From assembly GCA_021613535.1 (NCBI GenBank), contig CP075494.1, forward strand, positions 5,766,001 to 5,830,000: DNA of 64,000 nt, given 5' to 3'. The DNA comes from Adineta vaga. Its lineage: Eukaryota; Animalia; Rotifera. The notes under the pieces were generated by a model. That model was not told where the DNA came from. It saw only the letters and a list, made by a program, of their open reading frames with translations, and ran no database searches. The translations under genes were made by a program, and so were the position numbers. Shown piece after piece: positions 1 through 14,518 of the stretch. Positions within the stretch are counted from its first letter, which is position 1. Each line of letters begins with the position of its first letter.

Positions 1-1361
1 TGTATTTGGACAACGTCTGAAAAATTGTGATACATTTCGAATTGTTACTGATATGAATCGACGTAATGAAGTACCTGTTCATAATGCAGGTGCACGATTG
101 ATTAAAGCAGTAAGACAAATGGGTTTTAAAAATAAATGTTTGATTTTCACCAGTAACCAAAAACGAGCTCAACAAATCCTTAATTCTGAACTAATTTCAA
201 AAGAACGACAATCTGTTTTTGTATCTACTAAAATTGAAGATCTACGAAATTTTGTGAACTTCGATCGAGTGATGACGAGCGCACAAGAATCAACTACTCA
301 AAAATCAAAAGGATCAGGTAAGAAGTTTAGTTAAAAATTCTCATAACTTCTTTCTATCTCTTTGTTACAGCAAATGATTCAAATGCCTCTACAACCACGA
401 TTCCTTCTGCTGCAGTATATCAAAGTACCGTTGGTAATAATGCTATCACAACTTCTATCAACGCAGAAAATGAAATGATGCATAATAGAGAAAATACTGA
501 CATAAGCATGTTGATGAACAATTGTTACTTACGAAACTTAACTGATAGTCCTCACAAGTAAGCTTTAATTTGGAAAATAGATCCTGATAGACTGAGTCAC
601 CGATTGTATTTTTCCTTAAATAACTTAGTACTTTTTATATAGTTGTGTTCTACTTACTACTGGCTCTTTGAATCCTGTTCATCCTTTACATCTTCAAAAT
701 CGTCTACATGTCAAACAGTATCTTGAAAATGAACATCAGCCACCATGGAATGTTATTGCAGGATATGTTTCACCAACACAGTATGTTATTTTGAATTTCT
801 TTTAACTCTCCAATGATTATCATTGTCGTTGTCTGTTTAAGTGATAAATATGTGCGTTCAAAATTAGGTGATCTTCATTGGATTCCTGCTAAAGATCGAT
901 GTCAGCTATGTAAACAAGTTATCGAATTTGAAACTTCAGAAATATCATCTTGGGTTGATGTTTCTCGAGGTGAAAGTGAATGGAAAGAGGGTTTCGTTGA
1001 TTTCGATCCTGTGACGAAAAGTTTTCGTGATTTTCTCAACATAACACTTGTTGATCAAGAAAAACTTCTCAAATATCCATTGCATGTAGTTTATGTTTGT
1101 GGATTAGATCATTATAACAAATGTGCTGATGTTGAACGAATGGTACAACAAGAAAACATCTTGTGTGCTGTGGTTTATCGTGTAGGTTATGATGAGAAGA
1201 AGATAAATAGTTCGTTGCAATCATCTGGTGTAATCTATATTCCACTATTAGAAAAGCGTGCAAAACTCGAACATGTTAGTTCAACACAGATTCGACGATA
1301 TTTTCAAAATCCAACAGGTATTGCAACCAATATTGAGAAGAATATCTATCCGGTTGTTTAG
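1..1361 (+). CDS. 5'-truncated multi-exon gene: receiver(REC)-like segment fused to an NMNAT/cytidylyltransferase-like (HxGH-type) domain
   Basis: Exons 1-317, 371-557, 642-780, 842-1361 join in frame via GT-AG introns. They encode FRIVTDMNR..NAGARLIKAVR..CLIFT, then CVLLTTGSLNPVHPLH, GYVSPTHDKYV, YVCGLDH and VSSTQIR, the hallmark NMNAT-family motifs. Confidence 0.75.
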
Positions 1362-1673
1362 AATTATATGAGTAAAAAGTATAAGAAAGAATAATTCACA
1401 ACATTTACGATACAGTCTGATTCCATACATGAACTTTTGTTATTTACTTTTTATATCAATATAACAAACATCACAGTATATAATAGTCGTCATTATTTGA
1501 TTGTACGATAGTATACTAAATAGTAATACAAATATATTTATTTCAAGTAGAGCAAAAAAAACAAACTAGAATATTACGTAAAAAACTACACGATGATCAA
1601 TAAAGAAAAAATTTTAAAAAATGCACACACACTGAATTTGCTAAAAAATCATATACATATTTTTATTGAAAGT

Positions 1674-4600
1674 TTAACGTGGACGAACTGAACTAGCACG
1701 AATGGTTGAAGCAGCACGAAAATTGACTGTTGATTCGCGTGTTTCACGCTAAATAAAGAGGTATTAGCAAAGTTTTTTCGTCAGGAATCATCTCTTCTAC
1801 TTACTGCTGGAGATGTACGACTCATACTAACAGAAGAGCGATTTTTAGCACGTAATTTACCAAGTTGATTTTCTGCCACATCAGCTCGTTCAGCTGAATC
1901 CTCTGTAGAAGAGAAAGTTTCATGTATTATTATCTTCTATTAGTGTTTTATTCCTACTTACCAAGTTCAGTTTGAACTTTACGATATTTCGCTAAATTAA
2001 TAGCAGCAATTTCCTCTGAAACGTGAAAGACAGTATTAAATTTAAAATGAAATATTTTTAATGATATTTACCAGCTTCTTCAACTTGACGTTTATATACT
2101 TTGATTTTAGCTTGTAATTTATCATTAAGATCTTGTAAACGTAAATGATTTTTTCGATCTTCTTCGATTTGAAAGACAACTTCTTTCAAACGACGATCAT
2201 TCTTACGTAATTCTTTTAATGTTTCTTGATGACGATGTTGTTCTAATTCAATTTCATTTTCTAATTCATGAATCTGAATAAACAATAGACATATTTTTTC
2301 TTTCGTTTCTCGTTCAAAATCAATACATACACGTTGTTCAAGTTTTCCAATAACACGTTTACCACCTTTGAGTGAATTTCCTTCTGACTCATCAAGACGT
2401 ACTTGAAGATCTTTGACTTGCTGTTCAAGACCTTTACGTAATCGTTCAAGATGAATAGCATGTTCTTGTTCTAGACGTAATTCTTCAGCAAGACGAATAG
2501 CATCAGCACCTAAAATAACATTCAATCTCTCATTTTATATAACTGACTTTTCGAAGTTATCTCTCGTTGAAGAATATTAACATACTTGCTTTCTTTGATT
2601 GTTCTTCACTATTTTTCAATTCAGTAAGTGCTTCATCTAAATCGGCTTGCATGGCTGTTGTTGCCGATTCTAATTGTCGTCTTTGTGATGATAAATTAGC
2701 ATTTGTTGTACTTAAATCACTAATACGATCGGCAATATCATTTAATTCCATTTCAGCTGCTTTTCGAGCACGTTCAGCTTGTTCTAAAGATGTATGTAAT
2801 TCTTCGAGCTCTCCGCTGACAGCATTAGCACGACGTTCAGCAGCAGCAGCAACTTCACGTGCTTCATCACGTTGTTGTTGTTCAAGTTCAATTTGTGCTT
2901 GTAATTCTATAAATTGTTGTTGCGCTCGTTTGAGAGCTTTTTGTGAATCAGCATTCGTACGATTGGCATGATCAAGTGCAACTTCAAATTCATTAACATC
3001 AGTTTCAAGTTTCTTTTTCTGAAAACACAAGACAGAAGAATTGAATTAGAAAAAAGTTTAGGATTGAATACTTGTTTGAGAGCTTCAGCTTTTGCACGTG
3101 CTTCAGCATCAAGACTAGCTTGCATTGATTCAACTGCACGTCCATGATTACGTCTTGTATTTTCAAATTCTTCTTCTTTTTCATGAATTCGTCGATCAAT
3201 TTCTTGTCGAACTGTACTCAATTCCATTTGCGCACGAAGAACTTTAGCTTCTTCTTGTTCAAGAGCGGATTCTGCTTCTTCTAAAGCAGCTTGAAGTTCT
3301 TCTTTTTCTAGTTCAGCACGTTTACGAGATTTATCAAGTTCATGAACATTTTTTCCGCCATCACTCAATTGATCCAATAGATCCTAAACGAAATCAAATG
3401 ACTTTATCCCAAAATTATCGAATATTTTTTACTTTAATCTCATCAGCTAAATTTTTATTCTCTTTTCGAAGTGCTTCGATTTGTTCATGAGATTCTTCAT
3501 ATTGTGTTTTAAGTTTAAATAATTCCGTTGAATATTGACGTGCTTCTTTTTGTGATTCTTCAAGTTCAATTGTAATATCTTCACATTTCTGTTTCCATTC
3601 ATTAATTAATTTATCAAATTGTTTCTGTTTCTTATCCATAGAAGAAGCATCTAGGGAAAAAAATAAGAAAACAAAACACATAGTTTCGAATACAAATCCG
3701 AATGCATTAACTGACTTGCATTAGCACGTTCAACATCGACCATAAGATCTTCAACTTCACCTTGAAGACGAGCTTTCACTTTTTCTAGCGCATTACATTT
3801 ATTCAAAGCTGCTTCAACTTGTTCTTCAGCTTCGGTTAATTTCGATGCTAATTTCCGTTTTGCTTCTTCTAATTCTTCACTACGAGCAATACCTAAAGAA
3901 ATCAAATAGACATTTATCTTTTCTCTAAAGATGTCTACATTGAAGTGAACTAACCTTCGGATTCATAACGAGCTCTCCATTGTTGAACTTCAGCATTCAA
4001 TTTTGTTACTTGTCTTTGAAATTCACTCTTCGCTTCTTGTTCTTCATCGAGTTGTTCACGTGTTTGTTCGAGATCAGCAGTTAAATTACGTATTTGTGCA
4101 CCTAAATCAAATATGAAACCTTCTGTCTAGAAAAATAAAAACAGAATGTTGACTTACTCGCTGAACCTTTGCCACGTAATGTATCTTCTAATATTCTCTT
4201 TGCTTCATCCAATTGTTGTTGTGATACCGTTTTTGTTTTGGTTAAAACTGCTATTTGATGTTCAGCATCTTCAAGTTGTCGAGTTAAATCCGAATTTTCG
4301 TTGCTTAATTTCGATTTATTTTGAGTTAAATCATTGATTTGTCGAAGATACTCGTCCATTTTTCCATGAATATCATTTAATTGTTGTTCGAGTTGTTTGG
4401 AAAGTTTTTCTGCAGCAGCTTTACCTTTTTGTGAATGATCAAGTTGGGAACGAACATCATCTGATTCAGATTTAACCGATTGTTTCTCTTTTTCTAATCG
4501 ATTTTTTATCTTTTGTAATTGATCAATTTGTTCGCCCATTTCATTCACAGCATCTTGATGTTTTTTCTTTAATTGTGCTGTTGTGGCTTCATGCTGAAGA

Positions 4601-7600
4601 TTTGCTTCTTCTAAATCTCGTCGAAGTTTTCCCAATTCTGATTCACGTTTTTTATTCATTTCAACTTGTGTCGATGTTGCACCACCTGCTTCTTCTAATC
4701 GATCATTCATTTCATCAATTTCTCTTGTAAGATCTGCACGTTGTTTTTCAGTTTTTTGTCTCAATTGTCTTTCAGTTTGAACTTCTTCTTCTAATTCTTC
4801 CATTCGACTTTGTAATTCTTTGATCTTTTTCCCGAGACCTGTTGCTTGTCCTTGTTCACTATCTAATCGTCCGCTCATTTGTTGAATTTCTTGATCTTTT
4901 CGTTTGAGATTATCTTCTAATTCACGTTTTGATCGTTCTAAATCTTCATAATTACTTTGTAAACCTTTAACATCGGTTTCTAATTTTCGTTTATTTTTAT
5001 CTAAATCAGCACGAGCTTTTTTCTCTCGTTCTAACGAATCTTCTAATTCATCGAGTGTTTGTTCTAATTTTGTTTTGATCTTATTCAAATGATTGACTTT
5101 ATCTTCTTCACCTTGTAATTGTTCTGTTGTTTTCGCATTTTGTTCTTCTAAACGTTTACGTTCACGTGTTATTTTAGCAATAGTTTCATCTTGATGAGCT
5201 ATTTCATCTTGTAAGGTATGAATTTGATTATCACGTGTTTTACATTCATTTTCAGATTTTTGTAGACTTAAACGAATATCATCAATATCTTTCTTAAGAC
5301 CATCAATATCATGTTCAAGTTTCTTTTTCTTCGAATTTAATTCTTGTGCACTTTCTTCTTCTTGACTACAACGTTCTTCTAAATCTTTTATTTGTTGTTC
5401 AAGATCAGCTTTTTGTGTTACTAAAAACAAAAAAGAAACTTTCAATCAAAGATTTCATGAAGATTTCTTTCTTACCTAAACGAGTATATTTTTCTTGAGC
5501 TTCGGATGATCCCGAACGTTCGGATTCTAACTGTTGAAAGATATCATTTTTTTCTAAAATATATAAAAAAAGAACGAAAGTTTTTCTTCAAATCATTTCA
5601 TTTCAAATGTACCTCGTAGTAGTTTTGAATTGCTATCTTCCATTTCTTTGCGTAGTTTTTCTTCTTTAGCTAATGCTTCTTTTAATGCTTTAAATTCTTC
5701 TTCGAGTTTTTTCATTTCTTCTTCTTGTCGTGCAACAGATAACAATGGTTTTACTTTCGTATATAATTTCCACCATGGCCAATTACGTAATGATAAATAT
5801 TTACGACAATTTCGTTGTAAAACAGATAATGCTATTCGTTGATCTAACATCTTCTTATAGGATTTTCTCATAATAAAACCACGTACTTGTCCTTGTAAAG
5901 CAGAAATAATTTTCGATAATGCTGCATCACGAAGATCTTCTAATTGACCTAATGTTCCTGCTTTGAAGAAGACTTTGGTATTTCCACAACGATATAATTC
6001 TTCACTTAAAGCAACATCTCGAAGAATATCTTCTGTAGCTTTTTTTGCATCAACAAAACCTTTTGGAATAGCATTCGGTGCTAAGATTGAATAACGTTGT
6101 TTAAATTCCGCATAGATCATTCGATTTGGAAAACCCTTTCGACAAATACGAATACCTTCAAGTACACCATTACATGTCAATTGATGCATAACTAAATGTG
6201 CATCAAGTACACCACCTGTCTTAATTTCATTTGGAATAATGCAACGAACAAAATGTGGATGAGTTTGTTTTAAATTCGTCATTAATTTATTTAATTGTTC
6301 CTAAAAAAATAAGTCAACTTTATCCTTATAGGAAAAGAGAAAAAGACAATTGAATTTTAAGACTTACACGATGTGTATTGGAGATTGTTTGCATACTACC
6401 ACCACCTTTCTTCTTACCACCACCAGCACCCTTGTTAGCCCCACCTTCTTCCTCAAATATATCAGCAAATAGATGACATAAGAGAACATTTTTTGATTTA
6501 GCAAAAAGAGTAGCACTAAAAGAAATCAATTATAAACGAAATCTTATCGAATAAACATACACTGTGTTATTAATTGGATCTTTATTCTTTTCAAGCCATC
6601 CCGTTGCAGTATAGGAAACCGTACCAGCATAATGATGAATATCAAAATGTGCTTCAACTTTTCCTTTACCAGGTTTTGGTTTACCAAATTGTGGATGTTT
6701 ACCCAAATGATTATTTTGGAGTTTTTCGACAAAAGTTTTATCACTTGCTTTAGGAACAATACATTCTTCTTCAAGAATGGAAAGAATACCTAACGGCTAG
6801 GAAAAAAAAACCAAAATTGATTTGCAAATGAAATGCAACACTAAACAAACGTTTACTTTTTCAATAAGATCAATACATGCTTGTAAATCCATACCAAAAT
6901 CAATAAATTCCCAATTAATGCCTTCTTTTTTATATTCTTCTTGTTCTAAGACAAACATATGATGATTGAAGAATTGTTGAAGACGTTCATTGGTATAATT
7001 AATACATAATTGTTCGAATCCATTACACTGAAATAAAAATGAAAAACTTCATTTGTCTCTCTTCATTTTGCCTTGAATTTAATTTACTTCGAAGATTTCA
7101 AAACCAGCAATATCGAGTACACCAATGAAAAATTGTCGTTTAGCTTTAACATCAAGTGTAACGTTAACACGTTCGACTAACCAACAAAATATACGATAAT
7201 AAATCTAATTGTTAGAAAAAGAAAATATTTCCATAGAATTTCTTTTTTGCGAATAAGAAAATCAACATACTGCTTTTGATAAAGCACCAATTGAATTAAT
7301 AACTTGATCCTTATTTTGACCTTTATTGACAAAATCATTACCAACCTAAACAAATAACACACGTTAATTCACGTTAATCGAAAAGAAAACGTATTATTGA
7401 ACCTTAATTCGAGGTTTAAGTAATCCTTTAATCATATCGGTTGCTTCAATTCCAAGTAAATGTGCAACTTTTTCACATTCTTCTGTTCCTTCAGCTTCGG
7501 CCTGTTCCTCTCTTGGTCGTTGTTTCCATTGAGAATTACCGAAATGCATAATAGCAGCTGTACATTTAAATAAATTATTCTTTTCATCCTACAAAATCCA

Positions 7601-9523
7601 AAGAAACATCTCTTGTTTTCTTCTACTCAATTCATTTTGTTGTTCCAAATAAACCTGAGTAAAACCCAAGATATCGAAGGATTCATTTGTAAGTCGCATT
7701 TCTTCTGCATCGTCAACATTATCAATTGTCAGCATACCTTGTGCGACATAAAAAAATTTTGATGGATCCGTATCAAGTAAACAAATTTCTATAGGAATCG
7801 AACGAATAAAGAAAAAGTTCGTCAGGAAAACAGTGATACGAACTATGATATTCAGGAAATGCATTGGAACAAAGTTGATAGAAGATATGATAATTACGTT
7901 CAGCTAGCAAAAAAGTATTTGATGAGAAAGTTAAAGTGAAGAGAAAAGGAAACGTTACATGGTTGCTGAAATGAATCGAAAAAGAAATGATTATTTTTTC
8001 TGAAAATAAAATTGAGAATAACTTACTTGAAAGATAACTCGTGATTTTTCAAGAAGATAAACTTCAATATCAGCACCAGCAATTTTTCCCGTATTACCAA
8101 AATGAATACGAATAAATTTACCCTAAATCCAATGGAAACATTTATTTGTATAGATATTGATCCATGTTTACTTACAAATCGAGATGAGTTATTATTTCGA
8201 GTTGTTTTGGCATTTCCATATGCTTCTAACACTGGATCTAATCAAAACAAATCGTTTGAAATAATAATCAAAAGATTGCTACTTACTCGCAGAAACAATT
8301 TGATCTTCTAATGTCATCGTTTTCTAGTTGATAAGAAGTATAGAAGAAAACAAAAATGGTTAAATTTGAATTTGATTTTACTTTTCCTTCTTCTTTTTTA
8401 GCACCAGCCGCTGCGACTAATGCGAAATATTGAATGACTTTTTTCGTATTTTCTGTTTTTCCAGCACCTGATTCACCTGTGATCAACATCGATTGATTTT
8501 CTCGATCTAAATACAACAATCATTGAACTAATCTTCGCCTATAATTTTATTAATTTCAATTGATAGTAATTATTATATCAAAAATAGTAATTATATTCAT
8601 TGCTATTATAACCTGCTGTTTATCTCTATTAACTCCTCCACTCAATCTAAAATATCTCATTAATCGTCTTGAATTTCATCGATTGATTTTGCTTTTCTTA
8701 GAACTATCCATGACCATCATTTGTTTCCATTCGAAATAAATATCTCTCATTTGCTTTACATCTGGGGGGGGGGGGGAGTTCCTTTGAATGAAGTAAGAAA
8801 TTTTTCTTGTTTAGACTATAATACTTACCGCGAAGCATATTTGAATATGCATTATCAGATATAGCGTACAGATGTGGAGCGACTTCAGTACGTTTTTTTC
8901 CACGATAAGCAAGAACAACTTTCATTGTATAAATCGGTAAACGTTTATATGGATTGATGACTACACAAAATAAACCTGAATAAGTCTATAAAAAAAAATT
9001 GGAAGCTCATGAGAAAGGAAAACAAGAAGTGAAGACATACGTAGATCAACCATCGTGAATATCGATCACGTAAATTTGCTAAGACAGATGCATCATTCAA
9101 ATAAGTTAAATCAGCCATATCATCTGAACAATTATATTTTGGTGGGTTCATTTGTTGAACATCATCTTTCTTAACGATTCTAATCTAGAACAGGAAGTTT
9201 TGGAGAAAAAAAAAGAATTTGTTTTCTTAACAAAGAGATTAACAACATACTTCTCCTTTGCCTGTTTTACATGTAACTTGATCATCTTTTGTACTTTCAA
9301 TTTCCGCTGCAATAAATGATTCTTTTGGATCTGGTATCCAACAAACTTTTTTTGCATCGAATGCTTGCGATCGAAGTTTAATCTTTTCTTCTACTGGTAG
9401 AGCTAAATATTTCATTGCTTCCATAAATTCCGGATCATTTGGATCATAAACCATGCTAGTTTGAAATAGTTAAATAAAATCTTGTTTTCCTATGTCATAG
9501 TATGCTTACCCGCTGCTTGCCAT
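1674..9523 (-). CDS. Mhc: Muscle-type myosin II heavy chain (many exons)
   Basis: GESGAGKT P-loop, [56 protein letters not shown] and a long coiled-coil rod. Start MASSG at 9523; stop TAA at 1674-1676 after ..RASSVRPR. Confidence 0.97.
7959..7965 (-). other. 7-nt microexon of the myosin gene (CAACCAT)
   Basis: Flanked by tttcag| and |gtaacg. It is required to restore the conserved [17 protein letters not shown] and the reading frame. Confidence 0.88.
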
Positions 9524-10205
9524 GATTTGAAATCAAACAAGATATATTTGTAATCGAGTAAAGTGACTTGCGAATGAATACGTACTAATGATTTAGCAAA
9601 TGGTTATATAGATGCGTAATTTGAGAAGAGAGAATATCGTCGACTTCTCATCTTTTTTTTTGCTTGTTATTTTTGCGCTCGTTTAGCAGATTAAATACGA
9701 TGATATGCTCATGTATATAGAATATATAAACTCAGCAGATGGTCGATTAGAAAAGAGAGCAGAATGGCATCTATTTCTTATTGTAATAGATAGGATGTTT
9801 ATGATTTTGATTAAGTTGATTACGGATCTCAATGAATAAAACTTGATCTAGTATACTTTAAGCTTGATTTGACGATTAAACTAATAAATATATTAGTAAG
9901 ATAAGACTTGGATATAGATTTATCATAGGATCGAATGTATCGTCTCGTTGAAGAGAAATATCCGTCGCGCCTTTCAAAAAATCGAAATAGACCAAGGAAC
10001 TAGTTGGATTCATATCTTCTTAGATAAATAGACAAGATGATACGTTGTCAGATTAGATTGTTTTAAGAATATGAATGATAATCATAGAAACTAAAAACAA
10101 AGATCGTTGTTTAAAATTTGACAAAATATTATATTTATTCAATTGTTAGAACAGAGAGAAATTAATAAATAAAGAAAACCCTTAAGTCATTGCTATAAAA
10201 AAATG

Positions 10206-13200
10206 TTATCTTCGATCTTCATCACTTCCATCGACATTCATTTCGACAAGAAAACCTCCATTTACACTTTTACATTTTGTAACAAAATCAGGTAATTGTT
10301 TAACCATACACGATCGACGTGTAGATATTTGTGATGAAGGTGATGATGATGAACCTGTTTCATAACTACCATGATAGCCAAGATCTGAACTATGATTATC
10401 AATCTTTTCATGATGATAATAATTTAGATAATATTCATTGTCTTGTGGAATATGAAGAATTTTATAAGTTTGAGATTCGGGTGATGACGTATTCACTAAA
10501 AGAAGAAGAAGAAGGATCATGTTTTTTTTCTTCGAAATCAAGAAAGAAATCAAGTTTACCAGTGTACGAATCTGATGAACGTCGATTATAGTAAATCGGT
10601 TTAATTTGAACAATATTTGCTATTTGTTGATGTTCAATAGAAAATGATGATGTCGTATTTGTTGAACCGGAAGATGTTAATTGTTGAGATGATGTACATA
10701 GGAGTTTATTTCTTGCGATAATTGCCGCTTGATGACGTCGACGATGTCTTCGCAACAATATACAAGTTATCATAAGACATAAAAATAGAAGGATGGTGAT
10801 AATGAGAACAACTAAACCCAAGATAAGACCAATAGATTTCGGTTGTGAATATTTGAAGAGAACTTTTTCAAATGTTGAGAATGCTGGAATGGTTGAATCA
10901 CCAATCGCAATTGCTACATTGACAAGAGTTTGTTGAGATGGAAAACCATGATCTTCAAGAAGAATTTGTAATTGAAATAAAGATATTTGATTAATTTGAC
11001 GTGTAAAATGTAAACTACCATTTGGATAAAGTAAAAATAATGATTTGTAATCATTATTTTGTAATGAATATTTAACTTTTCCATTATCACCTGAATCGAT
11101 ATCTGTTGCATTGAAAAGAATGATTTGATCAATGAACGAATTTTGTAAATCAAGAAATATTTTCGTTTGTTTTTCATCGAATAGTTGAGGTGGATTATCA
11201 TTCACATCTTCGATATTGATAATCAATTGACAAGCATTTTTATTTTGATTTTTTATTGGATAACCTTCATCTTCCAAATCAATAATTAAGAAATAACTTT
11301 TCCAATTTGATTCATAATCAAATTTTTGTCGTGAATAGATTTCACCTGTTTTCGAATTAATTTCAAATGGCCAAGATGAATTGATTCGAAGTGAATAGTT
11401 TATTGTTCCATTTAGATCCAAATCTGCATCGGTAGAATTAATTCGAACGATTGCATGATCTATGGAAGAATTCTCTGGAATGGAAATTTCTTGAAGCGAT
11501 GTTAAACATTTCGGAATATTATCATTCACATCCAAACTATAAAGAAATGTTTTCAAATACTTTTTCATTCAATCTTTTGTTTGATTACTTACACTTCAAT
11601 TTCAATTCGAACTTGTGTTTCCCATTTCGGTTCAGCAAGATTAATCGCTTTTGCTTTGAGTTCAATTCGAGAGATTTGTTCTCGATCTAATGGTTGTATT
11701 AGAATTAATCGGCCTGTATTTGAATCAATTTTAACAAATGAATTTAATTCTAACTCATATCGATTCATTGCATTTTCACCTTCATCACGATCAGTTGCAT
11801 TTAGAAAACCAATAGTTAATTCAGAGTTATCTATTGGATGTTCAACCATTTGATAATTTGCTAATTCTTCAATAGAAAATTTCATTGGATTCGAAGGAAA
11901 TTCACTTGGATTATCATTTAGATCCATCAAATGAATTTTCAAATCTTGTATTGATGTTAATAGAGTGTCTGTAGCAACAAAACGAAGTTGAATATTTCGT
12001 TGAATTTCTCGATCAAATATTCCTTTCTTTGCAATTAATATATATGAATTCATTTGATTGGCTGCAATCAATTCGTACACTTGTTGATCATTAGAATCTA
12101 AGTTCATTAATGAAACAGAAAGTTTTGTTGGAATCGAATCTTGATCAAATAATCGAATATAACCTAAGGTTAAATTTTGAATTTCTGTATTTTCATAGAT
12201 AAATAAAGTATGATTTTCATATTGAAAACGTCGATTAGGAATAAAAGATATATCAACAGGACAATCATTAACATCAGTAATAGAAATTGATAACCATGTA
12301 TCAGTATATAAAGATTGTGGTAAACCAGAATCAGATGCACGAATTAAAAATCGATAGGAACGAATCATTTCATAATCTAAAGATGAACGAAGACTAACAA
12401 TTCCATTACTAGAATTGATAATAAATGGAAATAATGATAAACCAGGAGGTTGTATAATTGAATAATGTATTAGACTATTTAAATCTTTATCAATATCTGT
12501 TGCCGTAATTGTTAATAATTCAGTTCCAATTGGTGTATCTTCAGAAAGAGACTAAAAGAATTCGAATACAATGAGGATAACTATGAGAGAGAGAGAGAGA
12601 GAGAAATAAGTATTTACTTGAATTGAATATTCTGTTTGATTAAATTTTGGTGCATTATCATTTTCATCCAATATCCAAACTGTAATATTCATTCGATTAC
12701 TTCGTACTTGTTCTATTCCATGATCAACAGCTTCAATAATTAAATCATATTGTTCTTTCACTTCTCGATCTAATCCATGACGAAGTATTCCATAAATTGC
12801 ATATTCATTAATCGATAATTTAATAATATTTAATTCGAAATAATCATCATTTTTGAGTAGTTTAAATGACAATTGACCATTTAAACCAGAATCATAATCA
12901 ATTGCTCGTGCAATTGGAAATCGATGACCGATTTGAATGGATTCTGAAAGAGATATATTTGTTTGAATATCCAAAAATTGACAAGAATGATCATTCACAT
13001 CGGTAATAGTGATGTTGATTGACGAGAATATTGGAGATGTTTTATTATCATTTGAAAATAATTCTAATAAAAATGAACAATGATCACATGGACAAATATT
13101 TTGTGCACACCAGGCATCACGATCGATAAGTTTTGTCAGAATTAAATCACGATTATTATTGGTTAAATTAAAATTCGATTGAAAATTATTTAATAATTCA

Positions 13201-13313
13201 TATGAATATGGAAATTGAAAAATAGGTTGATTAATTGGCGATTTTTCTTCGAGAATAAGTAAATATTCAGATGTCGAAACCAACGGAAGAAGAAGAAGGA
13301 GTAACACAAACAT
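10206..13313 (-). CDS. Protocadherin-like protein (signal peptide, cadherin repeats, TM, cytoplasmic tail)
   Basis: Repeated LDRE, DxNDNxP and AxDxD cadherin motifs; TM IGLILGLVVLII..LL followed by RRHRRR. Short introns explain the ORF frame changes. Confidence 0.92.
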
Positions 13314-14492
13314 CTAAAATGATATTTTTAAATTATAGATTGATCAGACAATAGACATATTGTTTCCTCTCTATCGTATTTTCAAATAATAACAATAACT
13401 TTCGATTGAAAATGAACTGACTTTTCGATCCATGGGTCATTCTTTCTAATGTATATATATATATATATATATAAAAACATAGCTTGCGGCCTACGTTGAT
13501 TTCCACGCGTATGTTGAAATCATAACAAAAACAAGATGTGTATTGTGTTCAGATGCGTTTTTCTCTCTTTGCTTCTCTTTCTCTCCCCCTTTCTTTAGAG
13601 AAAAACGAAATTGGCCGCTTTCGTTGATTGTCCAAACACAATTTGATGGTGCATTTGCCCTTTTCTTTTTTTTCTCTGATGATAAAGATGTATATATTGA
13701 ATGCGTCGTCTGTTCTGTGTTAAAACAATATTTACACCTCATTCTCTCCTTGTTCAATGGGATACGATTCGAAAACTTCTCATCTTTATATAGACAGATT
13801 ATCAAGACTAATGACCGAAAGGAAATCCGGCCATCTTATCAGTCTTATTCGATCAGAAATCTCAAGGCTATAATTAGTGTAAAGGCAATCGAAGAAAGGA
13901 GGAGCGAAACGATTGTTACAGAGATAACAATAAGAGAATATTTTTCCAATAGAAACCGATCAAATGTTAATCAAAGGTTTCGTGCACTTTCAATGAAATT
14001 CAAGTGAATAAGCCGCTACATCTAAACACTTTTCGTGACTGCTTCAAAAGAAGATAAGAAGGATAGCGATGAAATCTTACAAATTGACTATTTCACTTAT
14101 GATAATCTCGATAATGGATTTACTTTTAAATCAAATGACACAAATAGTTTCAAATGTATGGGACATAAAAGTTACCTCCTACACTAGACTAATATATAAG
14201 TCTTCTTTTGAGTATAGTTGAGCAGTTCAAGTATGTCTGTTTGTCTTTCGAACTATGATTGTATTTAGACAAGGTAAATTGAACTAACTGACGTACCTGA
14301 CTGGTGATGAAGACGACCATGCTCATCATTAATATTACTATCGAATGTATGTGTGTATGTTCAGTGTAATATAATGTATATAAAGAAGGAAGAAGGATGT
14401 TTTCTCTTCTCTTTCGCTCATTTATTAAATGGATGAAATGACCAATGGGCAATTGAAACCAGATGGTCGATGAACAACAAATAATGAAGAGG

Positions 14493-14518
14493 AGAAGAAG
14501 AAGAAGAAGAAGAAGAAG
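14493..14518 (+). repeat. (GAA)n microsatellite
   Basis: About 8 tandem GAA units. Confidence 0.8.

Noticed and set aside
2567-2971. 134-aa plus-strand ORF (and similar short antisense ORFs over coding genes)
   Set aside because: Antisense shadow of the myosin coiled-coil codons; no independent gene signals.
11537-11592. Apparent frameshift in the protocadherin
   Set aside because: Explained by a normal GTAAGT..TATAG intron restoring IEVLDVNDN.
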